Below the pieces are notes generated by a model. That model worked only from the letters and a program-made list of their open reading frames with translations, did not search any database and was not told the origin of the DNA. Shown piece by piece: positions 1-8,940 of a DNA stretch of 33,438 nucleotides. The position numbers and the translations under genes were made by a program. The first letter of the stretch is position 1. Each line of letters opens with the position of its first letter. Where the stretch lies: the sequence record SRR33789315_22. One strand, given 5' to 3'.

Positions 1-62
1 TAGAAGATAAAGAGTATAGTTATAGCTATATTATTTCTTTAAAGGATTAAAAAAAATATCGA

Positions 63-135
63 GACTCACCCCTAGATAATTGTCAATTTTTGACAAACCC
101 CTGAAAGCAAAAGCGCTAGTATTACTAGTGCTTTT
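63..135 (+). mobile_element. Isolated ~72 bp copy of a probable IS1595-family left end (direct repeat of 5148-5221)
   Basis: 65-135 matches 5150-5221 with 4 substitutions and 1 indel (CTCACCCCTAG...GACAAACCCCTGAA...CTAGTATTACTAGTGCTTTT). The second copy runs into a transposase remnant. Confidence 0.7.
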
Positions 136-204
136 GTTAATCAGGTTGATGGAGTGATGTTTTAAAAGCATTAAAAATGCTTACATAATTAAATAAGCTT
201 AGAT

Positions 205-3200
205 ATGATGAAAAAATACATTTTATTTTTATTGTTAACTTTTTCTTTGTTTTGGAAAGGAATAGCGCAAGAGCCAGATTTGCCTTTAAAATCAGTTTTA
301 AACACTACGTTACACAATGATGTGGTTTTTGATAGTGGAACTAACGTAGATACGCTGATGGTACCCTATAAAGATGAGGCGTTTACCATCGAAATAAAAG
401 CAAATGTAAACACCGCTACTGGTCGTGGTCTAGATTTTGAACTTCGTGATGCATTGGGATTAGGTCTAAGGACGTCAATAAATAAAACAAGCTTTGACCT
501 TACGAGTGATTTGTCAAACTTCGAAAATCTTAGTGTTTCAGTAGATAATGGTCAGGAACAAACCTATAGGTATGCGGTTAAAGACGGTATGGTGCATATC
601 TATCAGGATGGTCATTATTTGGCCTCAGAGAATCTAGTTTCTCTTAATACACAAGATGCAGCTGCTATAGCATATGGCTCCAATAATGAGTTAGGTTTAT
701 GGGCTGGTTATACAAATGATAATTCAGGAAAACCCTCAGACTATGGTTGGGAAAATCCACAAGTTGTAGACATCTTTAACACAGCTAATGCGAGTGGTGG
801 TATACGGTATATGGATGTTGTGTCAGGTCATAATCTGGAGTCTGACGGTTCTGCTTATAATGGGAGGTTGATGTATATACGGTGGGACGGTAATTCCTAT
901 TCAAATTCGGTCTATGCATTCCCTGTCAACTTAGAAGAAGATACCTATTACAGATTCTCATGGTTATATGAGCTACTTGCTAATGCCAATGCGGGTGTTT
1001 CTATGAGCGTGGCTCTTTCATCCAATCCTGACGGTACCGGCGTGTTGGTATCTAAAGAATTCACTACCGGAAATGCGTTCCAACTGCGTAATGGAGATTT
1101 CTCTTTTATATCTCAGGTTAGTGGTACACATTATTTGACCATTTCAGGAGATTGGGCACTTTTTGGTATTGGGGAATTACAATTGGAATCTTCAAATTTA
1201 ATCAATACTTGGAAGGGTCTTTCTGAAAATCCGATGGGAACTCCTGCAGAGTATGGGTGGGCAAATACCTATTCTAGCGTAAACTGGCAAACAGCAAATT
1301 CCAATTCAGGAGTTCGATATATGGATGTTAGCTCAGGACATACTTTGGATTCAAACAACAGCTTATATGATGGTCGGGTCTTATATATGAAATGGGACGA
1401 AGCTGTCTATGAAAACACTGTCTATTCTTTTCCTGTTTCACTTAAATCAGATACATCCTACAATCTTACTTTTCTCTATGAGCTTATTGAAAATGGGGAT
1501 TCAGGTGCAGGGATTACCGTATCGGTAGCTCCCTCCAGTTATGGGTCTGCTGCCTTGGTTTCTAAAATGTTCTCTACTGGTGATCCTTACCATTTAAAAA
1601 AAGGCGAGCTTGTATTTAATGTTTCTGCTGATGGGATTTACTATATTACCATTATTGGAGACCCCGCTCTTTTTGGGCTTGCTCAATTATCTTTACAAGA
1701 ACGCTCCGCTTCGGGAATCATCATTGGTAAAAACTATGCAGATGGGGCCGTTGACCTTAATATAAGTGCTATTACTTATGAAGATCAGGCATATGCGCCC
1801 GAAAAGATAACAGTAGCTCCATCCATGGAGATAGCTATGGATGAAATGGAAAAAAGTGTCAATGCCTTTTCAAGGTCAAAAGTGGTATTAAGTAATTCCA
1901 CATCCCTCTATTTGAAAAGTCCATATAGTCCTTTGATAAATAGTTTGGTAGAATTTAATTCGATCGATGGAAGGCTAATATTTGAAAATATTGCTCCCGC
2001 AAAGGTAATTGCTTCTTACTTGAGTCAAATTACAGTAAACGGAGCTCTCGCCATAAATGGCAGCAATGTGGCCGTAACCGCATATGGAGCGGGGACAGCA
2101 ATAGCTGCGCACTCCAGTGATTTTATGCCTTTGAGGGTATTTACTGAGGAAAATTATGCTGGGGACTCACAAGATTATAAAATTGTCATACCATATACAG
2201 ATTTAGGTTCCTTTGATAACAACATCAAATCCTTCACGTTGAAAAAAGGTTATATGGCTACTTTTGCTTCAAATAAAGATGGTACGGGATACAGCAAGGT
2301 TTTTATTGCTAACGACAAAGACCTAGAGGTTCCGGTTATAGAAGCGTATTTAAATGGGACAGTATCCTTTATCCGTACGATGCGTTGGAATGATGTGACC
2401 AAAAAAGGATGGTGTGGATCAGGTAATCCCATAACAGAAGTTAGAGCTACAAACAGTACATGGAGGTACAACTGGGATACAGGTAGTGAGACTTTACCAG
2501 ATGTAGAATATGTCCCCATGAGGCATAATCTCTACTGGCCAGGCTTTGGACCGGCAAATACTAAGGAAGGCTATACTCACTTTTTGGGCTATAACGAACC
2601 AGACAGACCAGATCAAGCAAACATTTCGGTAGAACAGGCAATATCTGGATGGCCTGCATTCATGCAATCGGGATTACGCTTAGGCTCGCCGTCTACTTCA
2701 GATCCTTTCAATTCTTGGCTTGGAGATTTTATGACTCAGGCTGAAGAAAATAACTACCGTGTTGATTATATGGCGCTACACTGTTACTGGTATAAGTCTG
2801 CATCTTCTTGGGCTAATGATCTCAAGAATATTTATGAGCGTTATAAGAGACCATTGTGGATTACTGAATGGAATATAGGGGCCAACTGGACAGGTAATTC
2901 TTTTCAAGATGATCCCAATATGCTCACAGATGCAAATGCAAATAAGCATAAAAATGATCTAGTAGCAGTTTTAGAGGTCTTGGACAATGCTGATTATGTC
3001 GAGCGCTATTCTATTTATAATTGGGTGCAGGATGCACGTGCGATGATTGTGACCATAGATCCTAGCTTTAAAGAAAGAAATCCCAATTATGAAAATTATG
3101 AATGGTTAAAAGATGCACCTATAATTTCCAGCTGGGAAGATGGAGCAAATGGAACCATTAAAATGGTCTTGACACCGGCTGGAGAATATTATGCTAACAA

Positions 3201-4932
3201 CGCAAGTAAAAAGGCCTATAACCCAGATTTGGAATATAACAGTACATGGACACCAAAAGTTGAATCATTAAGTTATGAGTTAGCTTTCACTAATGATAAA
3301 ATAGAAGTTAAATGGACTGGCAATAATTATGATCTTGTTAGTAAATATATCTTAGAAAGAAGGTTGGAAGGAGAAACAACATTTTCTGTTTTCTATGAAT
3401 CAGAAGATTACTCGTTATTAAGTGTAGACGACATCGTGCATTCTCAAGCAGAATACAGGCTAAAGGTTGTAGGTAAAGATGGTGTAGAATCTGCCTATTC
3501 TCCTATAGTGACCTTCATACAACAGATCCCTACAGAAGCACCCTCCAATTTACAAGGAGAGGCACTTTCCAGTTCTATTATTAAATTATCTTGGTCAGAG
3601 GTTGAAAATGCCGAAAGCTATAATCTTAAAAGAAGCAGCACCCAAGACGGCACCTATGAAGTCATTGCAGAATATTTAACAGAAACGAGTTATGAGGATA
3701 TAGACCTTACAGAAAATACCTCCTTTTTCTATAAGGTTTCCACTTCAAATACAGGTGGCGAGAGTCCAGATTCAGAATCTCTTGAAGTTAAAACATTGTC
3801 TATCCATAAGCCGGATTCTGTTAATAATATCCTGATAGGATCTGGAGATGGAAAAGTCAAACTGGAATGGGATTTAATGTATGACGCACAGTTTTATGTA
3901 AAAAGGTCTCCTATTGAAACCGGGACATTCACTATCCTAGCAACCATTTCAGAAAATCAATATATAGATGAAACGGTGGTGAATGGAGAACATTATTACT
4001 ATAAAATTATAGCATTTAACGAGGTTGGAGAAACTGAAACTCCCGAGGTTTTAATGGCAAGCCCGGGTTTAGGCCAACACGTGTACTATGACTTTGAGGA
4101 AGACTCTGGCACAATAGCCCTTGATATATGGGGAAATTATACAGGAACATTAATGACTGGGGTTACAAGGAGCGAGGGGCAAACAGGAGCAGCAGTAAAT
4201 TTAGCCGGAAACGCCACTTCCTATATCCAGCTTAGAGATGGAATAGTAGAAGATATGGATGACTTTACGGTCTCTACATGGATAAATTTGACCAGTTTGT
4301 CTCATTGGATGCGAATATTTGATTTTGGCTGGAATACATCCAGTTGGATGGCACTTGAGGCCGCGGATGGAGATAACAAAATCAGATATGAAATAGACAA
4401 TGCCGGAGCAAAAAGTGTATTAACTTCAGACTATACATTGCCTACAAATCAATGGTTGCATGTAGCTGTGGTAGTTGAGGGACAAATAGGAAAAATTTAT
4501 GTAGATGCTTCTGAAGTAGCAAGCGGTCCTATAACAATAAAACCATCAGACCTAGGGAAAACACCAGCAAATTATCTTGGCAAGTCACAGTATAATGATC
4601 CTTATTTGAATGGAATGCTTGATGAATTTAAAATTTTCAACAGAGCACTGAGTGCTTCAGAAATTTATGAAATGTACTTGGGTGTTCAGCATACTTCAGA
4701 ATTAAAGACAAACTATCTGTTTCATACGTATGAAAATGTGCTTTTTGCCTATAATAAAGGTTTTACAGAAGCCAAGTATTACCTCTATGATATTTCAGGA
4801 AGGCTTATAAAATCAGGAGCTTTAGAAACAAATGGCACTACCAATTTAGGCCATTACCCAACAGGAATTTATATTGTAAAGGTGATGGATGACAAGGGTT
4901 ATCAAACTTCAAAAGTAGTAGTGGGTAGATAA
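205..4932 (+). CDS. Secreted multidomain GH128-family (Glyco_hydro_cc) putative beta-1,3-glucanase with duplicated N-terminal module, FN3 repeats, LamG domain and T9SS CTD
   Basis: 1575 aa ORF with signal peptide. GH128 motifs KKGW, WRYNW, EYVPM, LGYNEPD (acid/base), ALHCYW, LWITEWN (nucleophile), ERYS. FN3 repeats (APSNLQG..LSWS..YNLKRS), LamG3 (WMRIFDFG..NYLGKSQY..DEFKIFNRAL) and C-terminal YDISGRLI..GIYIVKV..SKVVV. Confidence 0.85.
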   Translation: MMKKYILFLLLTFSLFWKGIAQEPDLPLKSVLNTTLHNDVVFDSGTNVDTLMVPYKDEAFTIEIKANVNTATGRGLDFELRDALGLGLRTSINKTSFDLTSDLSNFENLSVSVDNGQEQTYRYAVKDGMVHIYQDGHYLASENLVSLNTQDAAAIAYGSNNELGLWAGYTNDNSGKPSDYGWENPQVVDIFNTANASGGIRYMDVVSGHNLESDGSAYNGRLMYIRWDGNSYSNSVYAFPVNLEEDTYYRFSWLYELLANANAGVSMSVALSSNPDGTGVLVSKEFTTGNAFQLRNGDFSFISQVSGTHYLTISGDWALFGIGELQLESSNLINTWKGLSENPMGTPAEYGWANTYSSVNWQTANSNSGVRYMDVSSGHTLDSNNSLYDGRVLYMKWDEAVYENTVYSFPVSLKSDTSYNLTFLYELIENGDSGAGITVSVAPSSYGSAALVSKMFSTGDPYHLKKGELVFNVSADGIYYITIIGDPALFGLAQLSLQERSASGIIIGKNYADGAVDLNISAITYEDQAYAPEKITVAPSMEIAMDEMEKSVNAFSRSKVVLSNSTSLYLKSPYSPLINSLVEFNSIDGRLIFENIAPAKVIASYLSQITVNGALAINGSNVAVTAYGAGTAIAAHSSDFMPLRVFTEENYAGDSQDYKIVIPYTDLGSFDNNIKSFTLKKGYMATFASNKDGTGYSKVFIANDKDLEVPVIEAYLNGTVSFIRTMRWNDVTKKGWCGSGNPITEVRATNSTWRYNWDTGSETLPDVEYVPMRHNLYWPGFGPANTKEGYTHFLGYNEPDRPDQANISVEQAISGWPAFMQSGLRLGSPSTSDPFNSWLGDFMTQAEENNYRVDYMALHCYWYKSASSWANDLKNIYERYKRPLWITEWNIGANWTGNSFQDDPNMLTDANANKHKNDLVAVLEVLDNADYVERYSIYNWVQDARAMIVTIDPSFKERNPNYENYEWLKDAPIISSWEDGANGTIKMVLTPAGEYYANNASKKAYNPDLEYNSTWTPKVESLSYELAFTNDKIEVKWTGNNYDLVSKYILERRLEGETTFSVFYESEDYSLLSVDDIVHSQAEYRLKVVGKDGVESAYSPIVTFIQQIPTEAPSNLQGEALSSSIIKLSWSEVENAESYNLKRSSTQDGTYEVIAEYLTETSYEDIDLTENTSFFYKVSTSNTGGESPDSESLEVKTLSIHKPDSVNNILIGSGDGKVKLEWDLMYDAQFYVKRSPIETGTFTILATISENQYIDETVVNGEHYYYKIIAFNEVGETETPEVLMASPGLGQHVYYDFEEDSGTIALDIWGNYTGTLMTGVTRSEGQTGAAVNLAGNATSYIQLRDGIVEDMDDFTVSTWINLTSLSHWMRIFDFGWNTSSWMALEAADGDNKIRYEIDNAGAKSVLTSDYTLPTNQWLHVAVVVEGQIGKIYVDASEVASGPITIKPSDLGKTPANYLGKSQYNDPYLNGMLDEFKIFNRALSASEIYEMYLGVQHTSELKTNYLFHTYENVLFAYNKGFTEAKYYLYDISGRLIKSGALETNGTTNLGHYPTGIYIVKVMDDKGYQTSKVVVGR

Positions 4933-5147
4933 GGTAAATTATTAAAAGATTTTAATAAAGCGTTCATTAAAAAATATTATGAAAAAATTGATTCTGTTAC
5001 ATAACATATAGTCTATGCTCACAAATGAGTGCAGATATCCAATGGAACCATTTTTCAAAATAAAAGTTTCTTATGAATTACTAAAAATAAACTATAAGCA
5101 TTGAAAACGAGGCATTATGAAATGTCAAAACCGAGCTCCCTTTTTTA

Positions 5148-5420
5148 AGCTCACCCCTAGGTAATTGTCGATTTTTTGACAAACCCCTGAATGCAAAAGC
5201 ACTAGTATTACTAGTGCTTTTTATATATATTTTAATAATTAAAGATAAGTAGATAATATCATAACTTTTATGTTCAAATTCAGGGATTTTATGGATGTAT
5301 TTAAAGTTCAAAATTTTCAAGAGTTTTGCTGAATATTTCAAAACTTACAAAGATTCCAAGCCATATTTTGGTGAAGTCAAGTAGTATGACGGTTTCAGTT
5401 GCCGAAAATGTGCCAATTAT
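5148..5420 (+). mobile_element. Decayed IS1595-family element: left end plus 5' part of transposase
   Basis: Starts with the same 72 bp repeat as 63-135, then an AT-rich leader and a broken reading frame resembling the IS1595 transposase N-terminal zinc ribbon. Confidence 0.7.
5291..5417 (+). pseudogene. IS1595-like transposase N-terminal fragment (zinc ribbon)
   Basis: ATG 5291 gives MDVFKVQNFQEF. Removing one T at 5324-5327 continues AEYFKTYKDSKPYFGEVK*YDGFSCRKCAN, with TAG at 5382-5384 in place of the conserved Trp and CxxC at 5400-5411. This resembles the recalled MDIFKGQNLLEF..KW..GF.C.KC start of flavobacterial IS1595 transposases. Confidence 0.72.
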
Positions 5421-5473
5421 CAACTCTATAAGAATTTATATGGGATTTTTTAAACGGAAATGAACGACGCTGG

Positions 5474-5510
5474 ATAAAAGAAGCGGCTACCTTTTGGATA
5501 ACCGCTTTAT
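5474..5510 (-). terminator. Probable intrinsic terminator of the BNR_4 gene
   Basis: Minus strand AAGCGGTTATCC-AAAA-GGTAGCCGCTT followed by CTTTTAT, about 50 bp past the stop at 5561. Confidence 0.65.
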
Positions 5511-5560
5511 TAAAACTTTAGATATACTGAATATTAATTATTTTCATAAGATCACGGCGT

Positions 5561-8281
5561 CTAATGCTTGATAAGAATTTTCTTAAAATAGATCCTATCC
5601 AACTGTTGAATTTTCAACAAATAAAGTCCCGCTGAAAAATGCGACACATCAACGTAACCAGTAGTACTTGCATCAAGAGTTTCTCTTTTAATTATTCTCC
5701 CGTTAAGTTCGTATATGGCATACGTAACACGTCCTGTGGCTGAATTCTCAGGAAATTGCAAAAAAAGCTTATCGTCTGCGGGCAGCGGCCAGACTTTAAG
5801 TTTAGCCTTTGTAAGGAAACTAGAATTTTCCGTAGAAAGAAATGTCACATCTGATAATTGTTTAACTTCAGTAGCACTCAGTGCTCTTTTATAAATCATA
5901 AAATCATCTAATTGCCCATTGAGTAAAGGGTCTGGATATTGACTTTTAGCGATATAATTAAATATAGGATTAAAGTGGGAAGGTCTTATGGTTATATTTT
6001 GAGAAGCTTCTGCCAATTCACCATTAACATATAGGGCAACTTCCGTCTCGCTCATAGTTATGGCGATATGTGTCCATTGACCCACCGTGGGCATAGGTGC
6101 ATGCAAAAACTGTTCACTGCCATTATTTTTTATTGCAAGGCGGATTTGGTTAGAGTTAGATTTAGGTGTGAGGAAGATATATTGTGAGGTACTGTTACCA
6201 AAGTCAAATATACGCTGCCAAGTAGAGCCGCCATTCCATTTTAGCCAAGTAGATACCGTGATATCATCTTCTTGAATAATATTTGCGGGGAGTTTTAAAA
6301 AACTGTTAGATCCATTTAGGAAAACAGCCCGCTCATCAATATGTCCCTCTGCAAATGATAAATTTCCAGAAGCTGCAGCATCATTACGATAAACGGAAGA
6401 ATCTATAAGGTTGTTTTCAAACTTTAAATGGAGGATAAGATCACCAGCTATCTCAATACTTTCTACAGCGACTGCGTTGCTTAAGAGTGAGCTATTTTGG
6501 CAGTAATCTATCGCAGCGATTTTATAAAAATATTCCTGTCCTGAACCTACTGAATCGTCTGTGAAATAGTTCCATTTAATACCTGTAGCAATCTCTTGGT
6601 AATCCCCCTCAATGGCTGTTGCCCTATATACATTATAGCCAGAAACATCCTCACTGGTACTTACTGTCCACTCCAGGCTAATACGTCCTGTTTCTGCAAT
6701 AGCCGTCAGGCCATCAGGAGCATTTGGAGCAGTAACCTCGCCCGTTGCAATTGTCACTGTGATGCTGCTGCTGCTGTCTGTCGTAAGATCAGACTCCAGT
6801 GAATACACTATAGTATACGTGCCGGGATTACTCGCTGATAGATCTATTTTTCCTGTTTGCAAATCTAAACTCAAGCCCTCTGGCGTACTACTGAATTCAC
6901 CTCCTGATACTCCAGAAATTATCGGGATAGGATCATTGCCTGTAGTACAGTAAGCAGGTTCATCATAATCGAAATCTGCAGTATAATTGGCCACTTCCTG
7001 AATAATGACATCCTGAGGTTCAAGTGTTCCCTGGCCTTCACTGTCGACTTGTTCTACTTTTTGGATATAAAGGTGGAGGATTTTTCCATTTTTCCACAAT
7101 TCTGTATCATAGCTTGGTTCCCATTCCATCAGAGAGGTCGATGTAATTTCTTCGGTTTGCCAATTGGTAAAATCAGCACCTGCATTTTTTGTCAATACCG
7201 CTTTATTTTCAAAATCAACATCCCTATAAATAAGCATAGCCTGAGTCATTTTTGGATTGTTCCGCACGACAATTTGAGGTCGGGAGATCGGTATTTTTTT
7301 AGTGCCTCCACCACCTAATGAAAACTCGCTCTGGCGCTGGGACATTTGTGTGGTTTTCCATGTATTCTGATTTTTATAGATTAAAAAATATTGTGGTATG
7401 GTGGATGGTGCTTTCGAGAAATAAGTTGCGATATATGGATTGCCAAAGTCATCAACATACATAGAGGTCTGATTGATCAAATTTGTGTTTTGGGGTATGG
7501 TGGAAACATACTCTGACGTCGCCGCAGTTATGGGGATGACATACTGACTTCCGTCAGATTTTGTCCAAGTGGCTCCGTAATCTTCCGTTTTGGCATAGGC
7601 CATATCATGATTGGTTTCCACATCATATGTTTCTCTCCAAACCCAAGAAATCTGGAAAGAACCATCATTGCCTACGGCGGCTTGCCAATAGGCACTTCTA
7701 GCATTCTCGCCACTTATGAGATTATTGCTTATGCGTGTCCATGTTTTTTCTGAGGTATCGTATTTGTTGATAACTAGATTTCCACGGCCCGAAGAACCAT
7801 CGCGATATAAAAAGAACATATCTCCATTGGGAAATTTATGAAACTCAGGATAGGTGACATTCGTCTCATTACTCCCTATCATAGATTGAGTAGGTCCGAG
7901 TTCAAGACCGTTTGCTTCTAGCGATTTAGCATATTTTAAAGGATGACCATGATGATCCCAAGCTACATGTAAATACCCCTCACCATCCACCATTATGCTG
8001 ATACTGTTGTGAGCATCACTCGTATTTCCTTTATAAGAGGTGGTTTTAATTTCCCAAGAGTTTGACTTCAATTCCCTCTTTGCTAATACTAAATTACTCT
8101 GAGCATCATAAAAGGCAACGTATTGATGATTGTTATAAGTAACGACGGAGTTCTTTCGAAATACAACCGCATTAATTGAAGTTTTTGACCATGCTTTCTT
8201 GGGTATCGTAGAGGTCTGTCCACTTACAATATTGGTAATAAAAGCAAAAATAAATATCAGTGCTAAAGTACTTTTGTTCAT
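5561..8281 (-). CDS. Secreted BNR_4 beta-propeller enzyme (PL42/GH145-type Rha-alpha-1,4-GlcA lyase candidate) with Ig-like, FN3, LamG domains and T9SS CTD
   Basis: 906 aa with signal peptide. BNR_4 motifs FRKNSVVT, QYVAFYD, DAHNSISIMVDGEGYLHVAWDHH, VTYPEF, YRDGSSGRG, SWVWRET, LINQTSM, ISRP, WEPSYD. Then FN3, LamG3 (WQRIFDFG..KSQYPDP) and CTD (VWPLPA..GLYLLKI..KKILIK). Confidence 0.82.
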   Translation of the reverse strand: MNKSTLALIFIFAFITNIVSGQTSTIPKKAWSKTSINAVVFRKNSVVTYNNHQYVAFYDAQSNLVLAKRELKSNSWEIKTTSYKGNTSDAHNSISIMVDGEGYLHVAWDHHGHPLKYAKSLEANGLELGPTQSMIGSNETNVTYPEFHKFPNGDMFFLYRDGSSGRGNLVINKYDTSEKTWTRISNNLISGENARSAYWQAAVGNDGSFQISWVWRETYDVETNHDMAYAKTEDYGATWTKSDGSQYVIPITAATSEYVSTIPQNTNLINQTSMYVDDFGNPYIATYFSKAPSTIPQYFLIYKNQNTWKTTQMSQRQSEFSLGGGGTKKIPISRPQIVVRNNPKMTQAMLIYRDVDFENKAVLTKNAGADFTNWQTEEITSTSLMEWEPSYDTELWKNGKILHLYIQKVEQVDSEGQGTLEPQDVIIQEVANYTADFDYDEPAYCTTGNDPIPIISGVSGGEFSSTPEGLSLDLQTGKIDLSASNPGTYTIVYSLESDLTTDSSSSITVTIATGEVTAPNAPDGLTAIAETGRISLEWTVSTSEDVSGYNVYRATAIEGDYQEIATGIKWNYFTDDSVGSGQEYFYKIAAIDYCQNSSLLSNAVAVESIEIAGDLILHLKFENNLIDSSVYRNDAAASGNLSFAEGHIDERAVFLNGSNSFLKLPANIIQEDDITVSTWLKWNGGSTWQRIFDFGNSTSQYIFLTPKSNSNQIRLAIKNNGSEQFLHAPMPTVGQWTHIAITMSETEVALYVNGELAEASQNITIRPSHFNPIFNYIAKSQYPDPLLNGQLDDFMIYKRALSATEVKQLSDVTFLSTENSSFLTKAKLKVWPLPADDKLFLQFPENSATGRVTYAIYELNGRIIKRETLDASTTGYVDVSHFSAGLYLLKIQQLDRIYFKKILIKH

Positions 8282-8591
8282 AAATTAAAAATTTCGTTAC
8301 TAACCTTACCTAGATCTTATTATTTTAGAGCTTATAATAAGAAGTAGAATACCCTCCTTTTATAAAGCAGGAATAATTGGTTACTTAACACTATTGTTTT
8401 TTTTTGAATTCTGATAGTTGATAAAGAATTATTTACAGTTGGTTCAAGATCGTAGTTCACAAGTTTAGTGAACAAATAATTTAAATGTTGCTGAACATAA
8501 TTCGTGTTGTAAATATGGGCGTTTCACGTTCATATTTCCTTTGAGATTTAAGCAATAGCAAAAAGACACTTTAGGATTCTTTTATAAAACA

Positions 8592-8626
8592 AAATAAGCC
8601 TCACCATTCCATGTAAAGGCTTATTT
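8592..8626. terminator. Hairpin in long intergenic region (possible weak terminator)
   Basis: AAATAAGCCT-N15-AGGCTTATTT perfect 10 bp inverted repeat. Confidence 0.3.
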
Positions 8627-8874
8627 CTCATTAAGTTCATTACAAAATCACTTCTATTTACCGGAAACAATACAACTTCTTTTATTTCGATTAAGTAAAG
8701 GTTTTTCCTATTGCTTGTTAGGAGGACTCGAACTCGCTCCTACATTTAGGAAACAGGCTTAATTTGCTTAAGAGTAGAAGTGATAAAATTTTGGCATTGT
8801 TTATACATTAAAAATCAAAATGCCTGTGGTTTTAATTACCCAAGTTTATGAGCAAGTAGTTTTTTGATTTATCC

Positions 8875-8912
8875 AAAAGCTAACTTAAGCACCATATGGT
8901 GTTAAGTTAGCT
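8875..8912 (-). terminator. Probable intrinsic terminator of the LamG gene
   Basis: AGCTAACTTAA-G-CACCATATGGTG-TTAAGTTAGCT near-perfect palindrome followed by TTTT on the minus strand, about 30 bp past the stop at 8941. Confidence 0.7.
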
Positions 8913-8940
8913 CTATCTATAATCTATATTTTATGAAAAA

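Noticed and set aside
65-5221. 72 bp repeat pair as a CRISPR repeat, regulator site or ncRNA
   Set aside because: Only two copies 5 kb apart; the second continues into a transposase remnant, so an IS end is the simpler explanation.
5081-5341. 86 aa minus-strand ORF in the ORF track
   Set aside because: Antisense to the IS1595-like end and transposase stub; no recognisable motif; non-ATG start.
5561-8281. Ulvan lyase (PL24/PL25) call for the propeller
   Set aside because: Motifs fit the BNR_4/BT3686-type family better and no sulfatases are in the window; not fully excluded without an HMM search.
8455-8497. GTTCAC/GTGAAC palindrome and TGAACA direct repeat (23 bp period) upstream of the BNR_4 gene
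   Set aside because: Too short to distinguish from chance and not seen upstream of other genes.
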